Positions 37,234 through 46,455 of a stretch of DNA of 64,000 bases are shown here, in pieces. The stretch is from positions 618 to 64,617 of the forward strand of contig CABMCB010000079.1 of NCBI GenBank assembly GCA_902384455.1. Reading direction: 5' to 3'. The number at the start of each line of letters is the position of its first letter. The stretch's first letter is position 1. The notes under the pieces were generated by a model. It worked only from the letters and a program-made list of their open reading frames with translations, had not been told where the DNA came from and made no database searches. The stretch is from an uncultured archaeon (GTDB lineage: Archaea > Altiarchaeota > Altiarchaeia > IMC4 > SCGC-AAA252-I15). The position numbers and the translations under genes were made by a program.

Positions 37234-37304
37234 ATCAAACCAAAAACCACACTAAATTTACGTATTAAAGCGCACCATCCTAAAAATAAAGCCGAAGAAA
37301 AAAA

Positions 37305-38438
37305 GTGAAAAACCCCGACATCGAAACATGGGAAAAACGCGTCTACGCAAACACATTCAAACGCCTACCCATAACCCTAGAAAAAGGCGAAGGACCATAC
37401 GTCTGGGACATACAAGGAAAAAAATACCTCGACTTCTACGCAGGAATAGGCGCAACATCCATAGGCCACAACCACCCCGCAATAATAAAAACAATCACCC
37501 AACAAGCCTCCAAACTAATCCACACAAGCAACTGGGTATACACCCTACCACAACTACAACTCGCCGACCACCTAATCCAAATCTCAAAAATGCAAAAAGT
37601 CTTCTACACAAACAGCGGCACAGAAGCAGTAGAAGCAGCAATGAAACTAGCACGCACAACAACAAACCGCAAAAACTTCATAGCATTCACCGGATCATTC
37701 CACGGCCGCACACTCGGCGCAGTAAGCCTCACGTGGACCAAAAAATACCGCGAACCCTTCGAACCTCTAATTCCCGGATGCACGTTCATACCCTACGGCG
37801 ACGAAGAAGCACTCAAACAGGCAGTAGACTCACAGACAGCGGCAGTATTCATAGAAGCAATCCAAAACGAGTCCGGAATAATAGAACCCCCAGAAGGATT
37901 CCTCAAGGCGGCGCGCGAAATCACGGAAGACGCCAAAACACTACTCATAGCAGACGAAGTATCCACCGGATTCGGACGCACAGGAAACTTCTTCGCATAC
38001 CAACACGAAAAAATCCAGCCAGACGCAGTAATAATAGCCAAAGCAATGGGCGGCGGAATACCCATCGGCGCACTACTCTACCAAGGACGCGACTTCAAAC
38101 CCGGCGAACACGGAGGAACATACGGCGGAAACCCGCTCGCATGCGCAGTAGCCCAAACAGTACTAGATATAATACAAACCGAAAACCTCACGGAAAACAG
38201 CACAAAAATGGGGATAAAACTAAGGAAAGAACTAAACTCAATCGGCTACAAAACACGCGGACGCGGACTACTTTTGGGGATAGAAGCACCCAACCCCGAA
38301 GCAACAGTACGCTCGTTAATCGACGAAGGAGTACTAACAATCCCCTCAGACAAAGTCATCCGCGCACTACCCCCGCTAAATATCAAAGACGAACACGCCC
38401 AAGAGTTCACGGCAGCCCTCCGCTCAATAACAAAATAG
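37305..38438 (+). CDS. argD: Class-III PLP aminotransferase, acetylornithine/LysJ-type
   Basis: GSFHGRT, the IADEVSTGFGRTG motif, and GGTYGGNPLACA. Confidence 0.75.
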   Translation: MKNPDIETWEKRVYANTFKRLPITLEKGEGPYVWDIQGKKYLDFYAGIGATSIGHNHPAIIKTITQQASKLIHTSNWVYTLPQLQLADHLIQISKMQKVFYTNSGTEAVEAAMKLARTTTNRKNFIAFTGSFHGRTLGAVSLTWTKKYREPFEPLIPGCTFIPYGDEEALKQAVDSQTAAVFIEAIQNESGIIEPPEGFLKAAREITEDAKTLLIADEVSTGFGRTGNFFAYQHEKIQPDAVIIAKAMGGGIPIGALLYQGRDFKPGEHGGTYGGNPLACAVAQTVLDIIQTENLTENSTKMGIKLRKELNSIGYKTRGRGLLLGIEAPNPEATVRSLIDEGVLTIPSDKVIRALPPLNIKDEHAQEFTAALRSITK

Positions 38439-38477
38439 GTTTTTAAGCAATAACCGCTATAATGGTATCCACTCAAA

Positions 38478-38786
38478 ATGGAATACGTATATGCCGCCCT
38501 CCTACTCCACTCCGCTGGACAGAAGGTGGAAGAAGCTTCGCTTTCAAAGGTGCTGCACGCAGCAGGCGTGAAAACCGACGAAGCAAAGGTTAAGGCGCTA
38601 GTCGCAAGCCTCGAAGGCGTAAACATCGACGAAGCCGTAGCCAAAAACGTCGTAGCAGCCGCAGCTGCACCAGCAGCCGCACCCGCGGCCGCAGCAGCCG
38701 AAGGAAAGAAGGAAGCCAAATCCAAGCAGGAAGAAGAGAAGAGCGAGGAAGAAGCAGCATCCGGACTTGCCGCACTATTCGGCTAA
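38478..38786 (+). CDS. rpl12: 50S ribosomal stalk protein P1 (L12e)
   Basis: [15 protein letters not shown]-terminus, Ala-rich hinge, acidic tail and the conserved C-terminal GLAALFG. A T-run follows the stop. Confidence 0.9.
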   Translation: MEYVYAALLLHSAGQKVEEASLSKVLHAAGVKTDEAKVKALVASLEGVNIDEAVAKNVVAAAAAPAAAPAAAAAEGKKEAKSKQEEEKSEEEAASGLAALFG

Positions 38787-38899
38787 AAAACCCGCGCCTA
38801 AAGAAAACGTAGGCCGGGTCCCTTTATTGTTTACTTTTTTTTAATTCATCCTTCATTTTCACAGGCTTTTATCCGTTCCATCCGCAGTTTTATATACAT

Positions 38900-39328
38900 A
38901 TGACGCTACATCCTCCCGGAGAAGAGCAACCTCAAACTGGCCCGCGTCAAGAGCTTCCGCCAGTAATGGAAAAAGTACGGCAAGAGATAGCCGATAAAAC
39001 TGAAGAAACGAGGGTGCGTCTTAAAGAGCTTATGGAACGAGACGGCATACCCGGAGAACCCCCCAAAAGAGTTCTGCCTCTTGACAAAGTTCCGTCACCC
39101 CTAGAAATCGCTGCAGCACTCCATGGCAATCCGCCGTACGACCCGGCGATAGCCCTGACGGCACCGCCGAAATACGTGGGACAGACACCAGACTCTGTAC
39201 GCCTAGCGCAAGAATTCGACCAAGAAAACTACACTCCCGGAAGAACATACTCCGACGGAGAGCTTATGGCAGTAGTCTCCTACCAGTACCAATTTCAAGT
39301 CCTCTACTTCCGTAAGCCTGGCGAATAG
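38900..39328 (+). CDS. Hypothetical protein
   Basis: An ORF only; it is Pro-rich and shows no motif I recognise. The start is uncertain; there is an alternative ATG at 38966. Confidence 0.35.
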   Translation: MTLHPPGEEQPQTGPRQELPPVMEKVRQEIADKTEETRVRLKELMERDGIPGEPPKRVLPLDKVPSPLEIAAALHGNPPYDPAIALTAPPKYVGQTPDSVRLAQEFDQENYTPGRTYSDGELMAVVSYQYQFQVLYFRKPGE

Positions 39329-39330
39329 TC

Positions 39331-40500
39331 CTAAACCTTAAGTTTCTTTAGCCGCTCAAGAGCTTCATTAATACGCTCATCAGACTGCGTAATGCTAATC
39401 CTTATGTACCCCTCCCCATACTGACCGAATCCTACTCCCGGAGTGACTACGACGCCGGCCTTATCCAGAACGGTTTTTGCGAAGTCAACGCTGCTTATGC
39501 CTTTGGTCGGGACTGGGAACCATATGTAATATGATGCTTTTGGTGGGCGAACATCCCAACCCAATCCTGAAAGTGTCTTGACTATGTTGTCGCGTCTTTT
39601 CTCAAGAATCTTCATGTTGTCTGAGACGCACTTTTGGCTGCCGTTCAAAGCGGCGACGCCCGCAATCTGAACTGCCTGGAAAACTCCCGAGTCGACGTTC
39701 TCCTTGACTTTGCCGAGCGCCCTGACGACGTCGGGGTTGCCGACAACCATTCCGATGCGCCACCCAGTCATGTTGTAGGTCTTGCTGAGGCTGTGGAATT
39801 CTATGCCAACGTCTTTGGCGCCAGCAACCTCAAGGAAGCTCATCGGCTTGTAACCCCCGAAAGCGACTTCGCTGTAGGCGGCGTCGTGAGCGACGACTAT
39901 GTTGTTGTCAACCGCAAAATCAACAACCTCCTTGTAAAACTCCTTCTCCGCGGTCGCTCCAGTAGGATTATTTGGGTAACAGACGAACAGAAGCTTAGCC
40001 TTCTTAAGAGAATCCTTAGGCACGGCAGAAAGGTCAGGAAGGAAATTGTTTTCCCTGCTAATCGATATAGGGACCGGCTTGCCTCCCGCAAGAATAGTCC
40101 CAATCTTATACACCGGATAACCCGGATCAGTATAAAGCACCACATCCCCGGGGTCAACCAAAGCCAAAGGAAGATGGCCGATGCCTTCCTTGCTCCCTAT
40201 AAGTGAGACCACTTCACTGCCAGAGTCAAGAGCAACATTAAAGCGCTTCTTATACCAACCAGCAACAGCCTCCCTAAACTCCCTAAGCCCCTGATAACTA
40301 GGATACTGATGATTCCTCTTGTCCCCCGCCGCAACCCTCAAAGCCTCAACAATATGAGGCGGTGTTGGCAAGTCCGGGTCGCCGATACCCAAGCTTATGA
40401 CGTCAACACCAGACTTCCGCTTAACCTCAATAGCACGGTCAATCTCAGCAAACAAATAAGGAGGAATACTCTGTATACGCGAAGACAAAGACACTTTCAT
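39331..40500 (-). CDS. Class I/II PLP aminotransferase (LL-diaminopimelate / aspartate aminotransferase-like)
   Basis: RIQSIPPYLFAEIDRAIEVKRKSGVDVISLGIGDPDLPTP N-terminus and an SLSKTYNMTGWRIG PLP-lysine region. The start is set at the ATG giving MKVSLSS. Confidence 0.7.
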   Translation of the reverse strand: MKVSLSSRIQSIPPYLFAEIDRAIEVKRKSGVDVISLGIGDPDLPTPPHIVEALRVAAGDKRNHQYPSYQGLREFREAVAGWYKKRFNVALDSGSEVVSLIGSKEGIGHLPLALVDPGDVVLYTDPGYPVYKIGTILAGGKPVPISISRENNFLPDLSAVPKDSLKKAKLLFVCYPNNPTGATAEKEFYKEVVDFAVDNNIVVAHDAAYSEVAFGGYKPMSFLEVAGAKDVGIEFHSLSKTYNMTGWRIGMVVGNPDVVRALGKVKENVDSGVFQAVQIAGVAALNGSQKCVSDNMKILEKRRDNIVKTLSGLGWDVRPPKASYYIWFPVPTKGISSVDFAKTVLDKAGVVVTPGVGFGQYGEGYIRISITQSDERINEALERLKKLKV

Positions 40501-40572
40501 GGTAGGTGTATTAATGCACAACAAAATAAAAGGAGAGGTGATTTTTATGGCTTACTCCCAATAAATAAAACA

Positions 40573-41091
40573 ATGAACCGCCTACCAATTCTCGCTGCAG
40601 TAACCATAATAACCTGCATAGTAACAATCGCCGGATGCATGGACGATGGCAGCAGCGGAACCCAAACACAAAGATCAAAAGTCACACCCTGTAACATCAT
40701 AACCCAAAACATCGAAATAAAAATAGACGGAAACACCCTAAACACAGAAACAATCAAAGGACCACTATCCCTCTCATTCGTCGACGACTTCAACGGCCCA
40801 AGCAAAGACGTGCTGTCCAGCAAATACTTGGTGGAATGCTACTGGGCGAAAAACATAGGTGAACGAAAAGACCTGTACTACTGCACCGGAAGCTATCAAG
40901 CACCCGACGTAGACGACCGAAACATAATAAAAAGGTACCTGGACAAAAACTTCAAGATAGGGTTCGCCGTGGAAAAGCACGAAGGCGGAACATGGGTGGA
41001 CTACGAAGGAAAAAGCCGGACAGAACAACCCTTCAGCGTGCTCACAGTCCGCGAAATAACCGCAACATGCTGGACCACAGTGAAAAGCTAG
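40573..41091 (+). CDS. Small lipoprotein-like secreted protein
   Basis: The start is set at the internal ATG giving MNRLPILAAVTIITCIVTIAGCMDD (signal peptide with a lipobox-like AGC). The upstream part of the tracked ORF overlaps the aminotransferase gene. Confidence 0.55.
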   Translation: MNRLPILAAVTIITCIVTIAGCMDDGSSGTQTQRSKVTPCNIITQNIEIKIDGNTLNTETIKGPLSLSFVDDFNGPSKDVLSSKYLVECYWAKNIGERKDLYYCTGSYQAPDVDDRNIIKRYLDKNFKIGFAVEKHEGGTWVDYEGKSRTEQPFSVLTVREITATCWTTVKS

Positions 41092-41093
41092 AC

Positions 41094-42011
41094 ATGAACC
41101 GCCAAAAACACATCCTAACCCCAACAATTCTATTCAGCATTGCACTACTGCTGCTTTACTCCCCCCCCGGCGTTTCAGGAGAAAGCAACACCACAGCAGA
41201 CATCCAAAACGTAGCCCCCCAAGTCGGAACACTAACATGCTGCTTTGAAAGCGACTGCAGCGGAACATACACTCCAAGCGCAAAGACAAACTATACTCTA
41301 AGATGCATGGCAACAGTCACAGACAACAACTCTTACCAGGATATTTCAAGCGGAAACTTCTCGTTTTACATGACCTCATCAGGCCTTTCAGGCAGCGCGG
41401 ACTTGGACATACGGTATCTCAATTCAACTGCCTGCAACCTATACGGAGGAAGCGGAACTACAGAAACCGTAAACTGCACAATCTCCAAGGTGGCTTATTA
41501 CGCCGACTCCGGCAGTTGGACCGCAAACATTACTGTGGTGGATTTAGCCGGCAACGTAGGCTACAACACCAAGGCTCTGACAGTCAACGAGTTGATTGCG
41601 TTAGAACAGACATCAACGGTAAGTTTTGGCTCCATGTCAATTGGCGCCACCGGCTCTCAAACGTACCCTGGAAAAGTCAATCAATCAGCCACCACAACAA
41701 ACACAGGCAACGTAAACATCAACATAAGCATCACTTCCCCCGCTTCTATGGCGTGCAGCCAAACAGGCTCAATCCCCATATACAACATCACGGGAAACAC
41801 CACCGCAGGAGGAACATACCCCAGCGCCTGCCATCTTGTTGCGTCCACTACGGTGGGAAAGGCAGATTGCCCAATTTTTGGCATTGACATCCCCGATCAG
41901 GAGGACACAGCCGTCAACGCTTATGGAGTCACGTACTGGGGCGTAAGCGTTCCATCCGGGATACGCGGAACATGCTGGGCAGACATAACTTTCAACGGGC
42001 TTAAAGCTTAG
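41094..42011 (+). CDS. Secreted Cys-rich two-domain protein, family S, copy B
   Basis: Signal peptide MNRQKHILTPTILFSIALLLLYSPPGVSG. Family motifs are NVAPQVG, YTP, TVTDNNSYQDI, YYADSGSWTANITVVD, VSFGSMSIG, TTNTGNVNINISITSPAS, DCPIFGIDIPDQED and GIRGTCWADITFNGLKA-end. I count 11 N-x-S/T sequons. Confidence 0.85.
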   Translation: MNRQKHILTPTILFSIALLLLYSPPGVSGESNTTADIQNVAPQVGTLTCCFESDCSGTYTPSAKTNYTLRCMATVTDNNSYQDISSGNFSFYMTSSGLSGSADLDIRYLNSTACNLYGGSGTTETVNCTISKVAYYADSGSWTANITVVDLAGNVGYNTKALTVNELIALEQTSTVSFGSMSIGATGSQTYPGKVNQSATTTNTGNVNINISITSPASMACSQTGSIPIYNITGNTTAGGTYPSACHLVASTTVGKADCPIFGIDIPDQEDTAVNAYGVTYWGVSVPSGIRGTCWADITFNGLKA

Positions 42012-42093
42012 ACTACTGCTTGCTTTTAAGTCTAAATGAGGGAATAAGTACATAGGAGGAATAACAATTCCATCTAACAAAAAGGTCGAAAAA

Positions 42094-43077
42094 ATGAAAA
42101 AGGATTTTAAAATGAGCTGTTTGTCCTCTCGGGGACGTGTTGCCTTAAGTGGCTTAGTCGCCTTGTTGCTTGTAGGCTTGTTTGCCGCAAGCTTTTTAGT
42201 GAACAACGCGATCGGTCAGACTACTGGACCGCAGAACTACAGCGTTGTAATAGGAAACGCCGCTCCCACTTTGGGCACGGTTGCTTGCTGTTGGGGAGCT
42301 TCAGGCAACCCAAACACATGCGCTGACTCATATACGCCAGCCGCAAGCACAGACTACGTAATACGCTGCAACGTGACAGCAACCGACACAAACGGCTACG
42401 CCGACATCGTTGGCGCAAACATGTCTGTTTATACTGACGCCGCAGCCGAAGGTTGTACTGCCGACCAAGACGTTTGTTACAAGAACACTTCCTGCAGTCT
42501 ACTTTCAGGAAGCGGAACCACAGTCACAGTTTCATGCGGGTATACGAACATAAAATACTTCGCTGACGCATCCTCCACATGGAACTCTAAAATATACGTT
42601 TGGGACAACGCTCCCGCATCAGCAAACGCAATAGACTCCGCATTAACAATAGCCGACCTAGTCGCTATGACACAGAGCGCAACACTAGGATTCGGTTCAA
42701 TGAACGTCGGAGACACAGGGTCAGCCAACTTCCCCGGCAAAGTCAATGAGAGCGCCACCACAACCAACACAGGAAACGTGAACGTCAACATAAGCGTTAC
42801 AGCACCCGCTCAGATGGTGTGCAGCACCACAGGAAACATCGGAGTAGGCAACATCACAGGAAACACCACCGCCGGCGGAACATTCCCCAGTTCATGCAAA
42901 CTCGTAGCCTCCACAACCATAGGAAAAACAGACTGCCCAATGTTCGGAATAGACCTAGCCGACCAAGAAGACACCACAGTCACAGTGACAGCAAAGACAT
43001 ACTGGGGCATAAGCATACCAGCCGGAGTCAGAGGAACCTGCTGGGCAGACACAGTATTCAACGCCATAAAAGCGTAA
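42094..43077 (+). CDS. Secreted Cys-rich two-domain protein, family S, copy C
   Basis: Same motif series, with 12 Cys in the mature part. By eye it is identical to copy E at most aligned positions. Confidence 0.85.
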   Translation: MKKDFKMSCLSSRGRVALSGLVALLLVGLFAASFLVNNAIGQTTGPQNYSVVIGNAAPTLGTVACCWGASGNPNTCADSYTPAASTDYVIRCNVTATDTNGYADIVGANMSVYTDAAAEGCTADQDVCYKNTSCSLLSGSGTTVTVSCGYTNIKYFADASSTWNSKIYVWDNAPASANAIDSALTIADLVAMTQSATLGFGSMNVGDTGSANFPGKVNESATTTNTGNVNVNISVTAPAQMVCSTTGNIGVGNITGNTTAGGTFPSSCKLVASTTIGKTDCPMFGIDLADQEDTTVTVTAKTYWGISIPAGVRGTCWADTVFNAIKA

Positions 43078-43082
43078 AGAAA

Positions 43083-43126
43083 TTTCCGATAGAGCTATCG
43101 GAAACAACGGGGGCTAACAAGCCCCC
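43083..43126 (+). terminator. Two consecutive perfect hairpins followed by T-runs
   Basis: TTTCCGATAG-AG-CTATCGGAAA (43083-43104) and GGGGGCT-AACA-AGCCCCC (43109-43126), followed by ttttata and cctttttttc. Confidence 0.5.
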
Positions 43127-43175
43127 AACCCCCTATTTTATACCTTTTTTTCAAACAAAACTTTTACGTACGTCT

Positions 43176-44099
43176 GTGAAAGCATCTAAACTAATTCTTG
43201 GAAGCATACTACTAACACTTACCTGCTGCTTAACCCTCCTTTCTGAAACAGAAAGCCAACACGCAATACAAAACTACAGCGTAACAATAGCAAACAACCC
43301 CCCCACAATCGGCACACCCACATGCTGCATAGAAGACCAATGCGGCACATCATACACACCTCGCCAAGCAGCAGACTACAGCATAACATGCTACGCCACA
43401 GCAAACGACCCAAACGGCTACTTAGACATATCCCAATACGGAAACGGCAGACTAACATTCTACAAAAACGACTCAGAAGAAACAGGAACAGAAGACCAAG
43501 ACATCCGCTACACAAAATCCCACTGCACATTCTCAAACGGAAACGGCCAAGCATTAACGGTCAACTGCACGATAAGCGGAATAAAATATTACGCTGACGC
43601 TGGAGAATGGATAGCCAAGATTTACGTGACCGACGGAATATCAAAGCCCGCCTACTCCACAATGACGTTGACTATAAATTCCCAAGTGGCGATAGACCAG
43701 ACCCCAACGCTAGATTTCGGGACGATGGACATAGGGAGCGCCGGCTCAAGTTCGCGGCTGGGATACAACAACGTCCAAGCAATCACAAAAAACACGGGCA
43801 ACGTAAACATCAATCTCACAATAACAGCCCCCGCGAGTATGAAATGCAGTGTAGCGGGAAACATGGGCATAGGAAACATAACCTTTGACACAGCCGAAAA
43901 CACGACTTACCCCGGTAAATGCCACCTACAACAAGGAACAATAACCCCCCGGGAATGCCAGTACCTCGGGCTTAACATCCCCGACCAAGAAGACCCCGCT
44001 GGAAACTACACGGCCACGACATACTGGGGAATAGCCATACCTGACGGTGTAAGCGGAACATGCTGGGCCGATACAACATTTAATGCTATTCAAGCGTAG
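43176..44099 (+). CDS. Secreted Cys-rich two-domain protein, family S, copy D
   Basis: The start is set at GTG 43176 (VKASKLILGSILLTLTCCLTLL signal peptide). The upstream part of the tracked ORF 42819-44099 is an out-of-frame shadow of copy C. Family motifs are NNPPTIG, YTP, ANDPNGYLDI, KYYADAGEWIAKIYVTD, TKNTGNVNINLTITAPAS and GVSGTCWADTTFNAIQA-end. Confidence 0.75.
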   Translation: MKASKLILGSILLTLTCCLTLLSETESQHAIQNYSVTIANNPPTIGTPTCCIEDQCGTSYTPRQAADYSITCYATANDPNGYLDISQYGNGRLTFYKNDSEETGTEDQDIRYTKSHCTFSNGNGQALTVNCTISGIKYYADAGEWIAKIYVTDGISKPAYSTMTLTINSQVAIDQTPTLDFGTMDIGSAGSSSRLGYNNVQAITKNTGNVNINLTITAPASMKCSVAGNMGIGNITFDTAENTTYPGKCHLQQGTITPRECQYLGLNIPDQEDPAGNYTATTYWGIAIPDGVSGTCWADTTFNAIQA

Positions 44100-44201
44100 G
44101 GTACTTGAAGATTCGGAAAGGATTAAAGGATTTTTTTAGACGCCAGTCAATTTAATAATCAAGTTCGACAGAAAAACGTGTTCTGGACAATTAATCAAAA
44201 A

Positions 44202-45179
44202 ATGAAGAGTATTCCAATTGGTTCTAAAGTCGGTAGGCGCGTTGCGTTTAATGGTTTGGTCGCTTTGTTGCTCGTAGGCTTGTTTGCCGCAATCTTTTTC
44301 GTTAACAACGCAATGGGGCAGACTACGGCGGCTGCGAACTACAGTATTGTCATCAACAACGCCGCACCTACTTTAGGCACGGTTGCTTGCTGTTGGGGAG
44401 CTTCAGGCAACCCAAACACCTGCGGAAGCAGTTATACGCCAACTGCGAGCACTGACTACGTAATACGCTGCAACGTGACGGCAACCGACACAAACGGCTA
44501 CGCCGACATTGCAGGCGCAAACTTCTCCGTTTATACGACTGCTGCGGCTGAAGGATGTACTGCAGACCAAGACGTTTGCTACAAGAACACTACATGCGGG
44601 CTACTCTCAGGAAGCGGAACCACAGTCACAGTCTCATGCCAGTACACCAACATGAAGTACTTCGCGGACGCAGGAACAACATGGAACTCTAAAATATACG
44701 TTTGGGACAACGCTCCAGAATCAGCAAACGCAATAGCATCATCATTAACAATCGCCGACTTGGTCGCAATAACCCAAACAGCGACACTAAGTTTCGGTTC
44801 AATGAACATCGGAAGCACAGGGTCGGCTAACTTCCCCGGCAAAGTCAATGAGAGCGCCACAACCACCAACAACGGAAACGTAAACGTCAACATAAGCGTC
44901 ACAGCACCAGCATCATTTACTTGCAGCACAACAGGTACAATCCCAATATACAACGTCACAGGAAACACCACCATCGGAGGAACATACCCCAGCTCATGCC
45001 ACCTCGTAGCCTCCACAACCATAGGAAAAACAGACTGCCCCATGTTCGGAATAGACCTAGCCGACCAAGAAGACACATCAGTAACAGTAACAGCAAAAAC
45101 CTACTGGGGCGTGGCCGTCCCAACAGGAGTCCGAGGAACATGTTGGGCGGACATGATATTCAACGCAGTAAAAGCCTAA
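44202..45179 (+). CDS. Secreted Cys-rich two-domain protein, family S, copy E
   Basis: The ATG at 44202 gives MKSIPIGSKVGRRVAFNGLVALLLVGLFAA. The motif series is as in copy C. Confidence 0.85.
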   Translation: MKSIPIGSKVGRRVAFNGLVALLLVGLFAAIFFVNNAMGQTTAAANYSIVINNAAPTLGTVACCWGASGNPNTCGSSYTPTASTDYVIRCNVTATDTNGYADIAGANFSVYTTAAAEGCTADQDVCYKNTTCGLLSGSGTTVTVSCQYTNMKYFADAGTTWNSKIYVWDNAPESANAIASSLTIADLVAITQTATLSFGSMNIGSTGSANFPGKVNESATTTNNGNVNVNISVTAPASFTCSTTGTIPIYNVTGNTTIGGTYPSSCHLVASTTIGKTDCPMFGIDLADQEDTSVTVTAKTYWGVAVPTGVRGTCWADMIFNAVKA

Positions 45180-45180
45180 T

Positions 45181-46449
45181 TCAAGAAGCTACTTTCTCCC
45201 TAAGGAAATACAGAAAAGCAGCCACCACAAGCATAACCGACACAGCCACGGCAAAAATCCTCACGTCAAAAGAACCCAAATCAAAAGGCAACCCTGACGC
45301 AGGACGCTCAGAAACCACAAGATGCGTATCATCACTCACAACCGAATAATTAGACCCGACGCCGTCCCCGTAATAAACTTCAGCCCTCGAAAAAATATCG
45401 ACAACCTCCTTAGGGCTATACGTGTAAAACAAAACAAAACTCTCCATAGGCATAAGAGTAGGCAAAGTATAGTTCGCCTGCCCACCCACGACGTCAAAAG
45501 AATCAAGAAGAGGAAAATCCCGGATGAAAACATCATACGCCGTCCCATTGCCAACATTGCTTACGGTAATTGAAACGTTCCCCAAACCACCCACAAACCC
45601 CTCAGAAGGTCCGTCGCGCTTCACCTTCAAAACAGGCCTTTCAGGATGAACAAACACCGTAAGAGTCGGCGTCACGTTTGAGTAGGCCTTGCCTTTTTCG
45701 TCGTAAAAAGAGTATGAGAGCGGCTGAAACTCGAATGCCCCCAACTTGGTTGCGTTCAGTCTGACTGCGTAGGTGACGATTCCTCCTGCATTCAAGCTCC
45801 TGTTGGTGTAGTTGGGGTTGCCGTCCAACACCTGAAACACATCAGGTATGTCCTGTTTTAGCTGGACGCCGAAGGCGTGCTGTCCTCCGAAGTTGGCGAT
45901 GGACACTTCCATGTTGAATGGTATGCCTATGATCTGCGTGATGTTGTAGACTGAGCGCACGACTGCAATGTCGGGGCGCACGAAAAGCGGGGGTACCATG
46001 AGGCGTACGTTTCTCATTAGGAAGTCGTCGTAGTTGTTTTCTAGTCCTGCTTTTATTGTTAGGCGGTTTTTTCCTGCGGTTACTGCGCCTGGTTTTAGGG
46101 GTATTACGCATCCTTCCCAGTTGAGGGATTTTTGGCTTAAGCAGAGGTATCCTGCGTTTTCGCCGTTTATTTTTATGTCGTCTCTGATTGAGACTTCAAA
46201 TAGTTCTATGACTAGAAACGCGTTTTTTGGCGTGGACTCGAGGTCAAAGACGTAAGTGTATTCGATTCCGACTGGCCTGCCCGGGTCGAATCCCCAGTCG
46301 TTGAGGCTGTCGCCTATGTATACCTGCTTATCTCCTATAGGCACGGGCGCGTAATCCCAGGGTATGGATTCCTCCGTGGCGCAGGAGACAGAAGTAAGTC
46401 CTGCTATGAACAATATGATTAATGACGCGTGAACTAGGTTCTCCCGCAT
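45181..46449 (-). CDS. Membrane-anchored surface protein with beta-sandwich repeats
   Basis: Signal peptide (ASLIILFIAGLTSVSCA), two CARDB/DUF11-like segments (VSIANFGGQHAFGV and ITVSNVGNGTAYDV), and a C-terminal TM helix. It is convergent with copy E at a 1-nt gap. Confidence 0.65.
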   Translation of the reverse strand: MRENLVHASLIILFIAGLTSVSCATEESIPWDYAPVPIGDKQVYIGDSLNDWGFDPGRPVGIEYTYVFDLESTPKNAFLVIELFEVSIRDDIKINGENAGYLCLSQKSLNWEGCVIPLKPGAVTAGKNRLTIKAGLENNYDDFLMRNVRLMVPPLFVRPDIAVVRSVYNITQIIGIPFNMEVSIANFGGQHAFGVQLKQDIPDVFQVLDGNPNYTNRSLNAGGIVTYAVRLNATKLGAFEFQPLSYSFYDEKGKAYSNVTPTLTVFVHPERPVLKVKRDGPSEGFVGGLGNVSITVSNVGNGTAYDVFIRDFPLLDSFDVVGGQANYTLPTLMPMESFVLFYTYSPKEVVDIFSRAEVYYGDGVGSNYSVVSDDTHLVVSERPASGLPFDLGSFDVRIFAVAVSVMLVVAAFLYFLREKVAS

Positions 46450-46455
46450 GGTTTA

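Noticed and set aside
37328-38446. A 372-aa ORF in an alternative same-strand frame spanning the whole argD-like gene.
   Set aside because: Its product is low-complexity, rich in R/T/N/P/H. The real frame (37305-38438) carries clear class-III aminotransferase motifs. The long open frame is a by-product of the T-poor, A+C-rich composition, which removes stop codons.
38640-38700. A GCAGCC-rich repeat.
   Set aside because: This is the normal Ala-rich hinge of ribosomal stalk protein P1.
40309-40572. The 5' extension of the lipoprotein ORF, and likewise 40992-41093 for family-S copy B.
   Set aside because: The extension overlaps the aminotransferase gene on the opposite strand, or the preceding gene. 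Internal ATGs give clean signal peptides.
42819-43175. The 5' third of tracked ORF 42819-44099.
   Set aside because: It is an out-of-frame read-through of family-S copy C, with an H/R/N-rich product. The real copy D begins after the hairpins, at GTG 43176, with a proper signal peptide.
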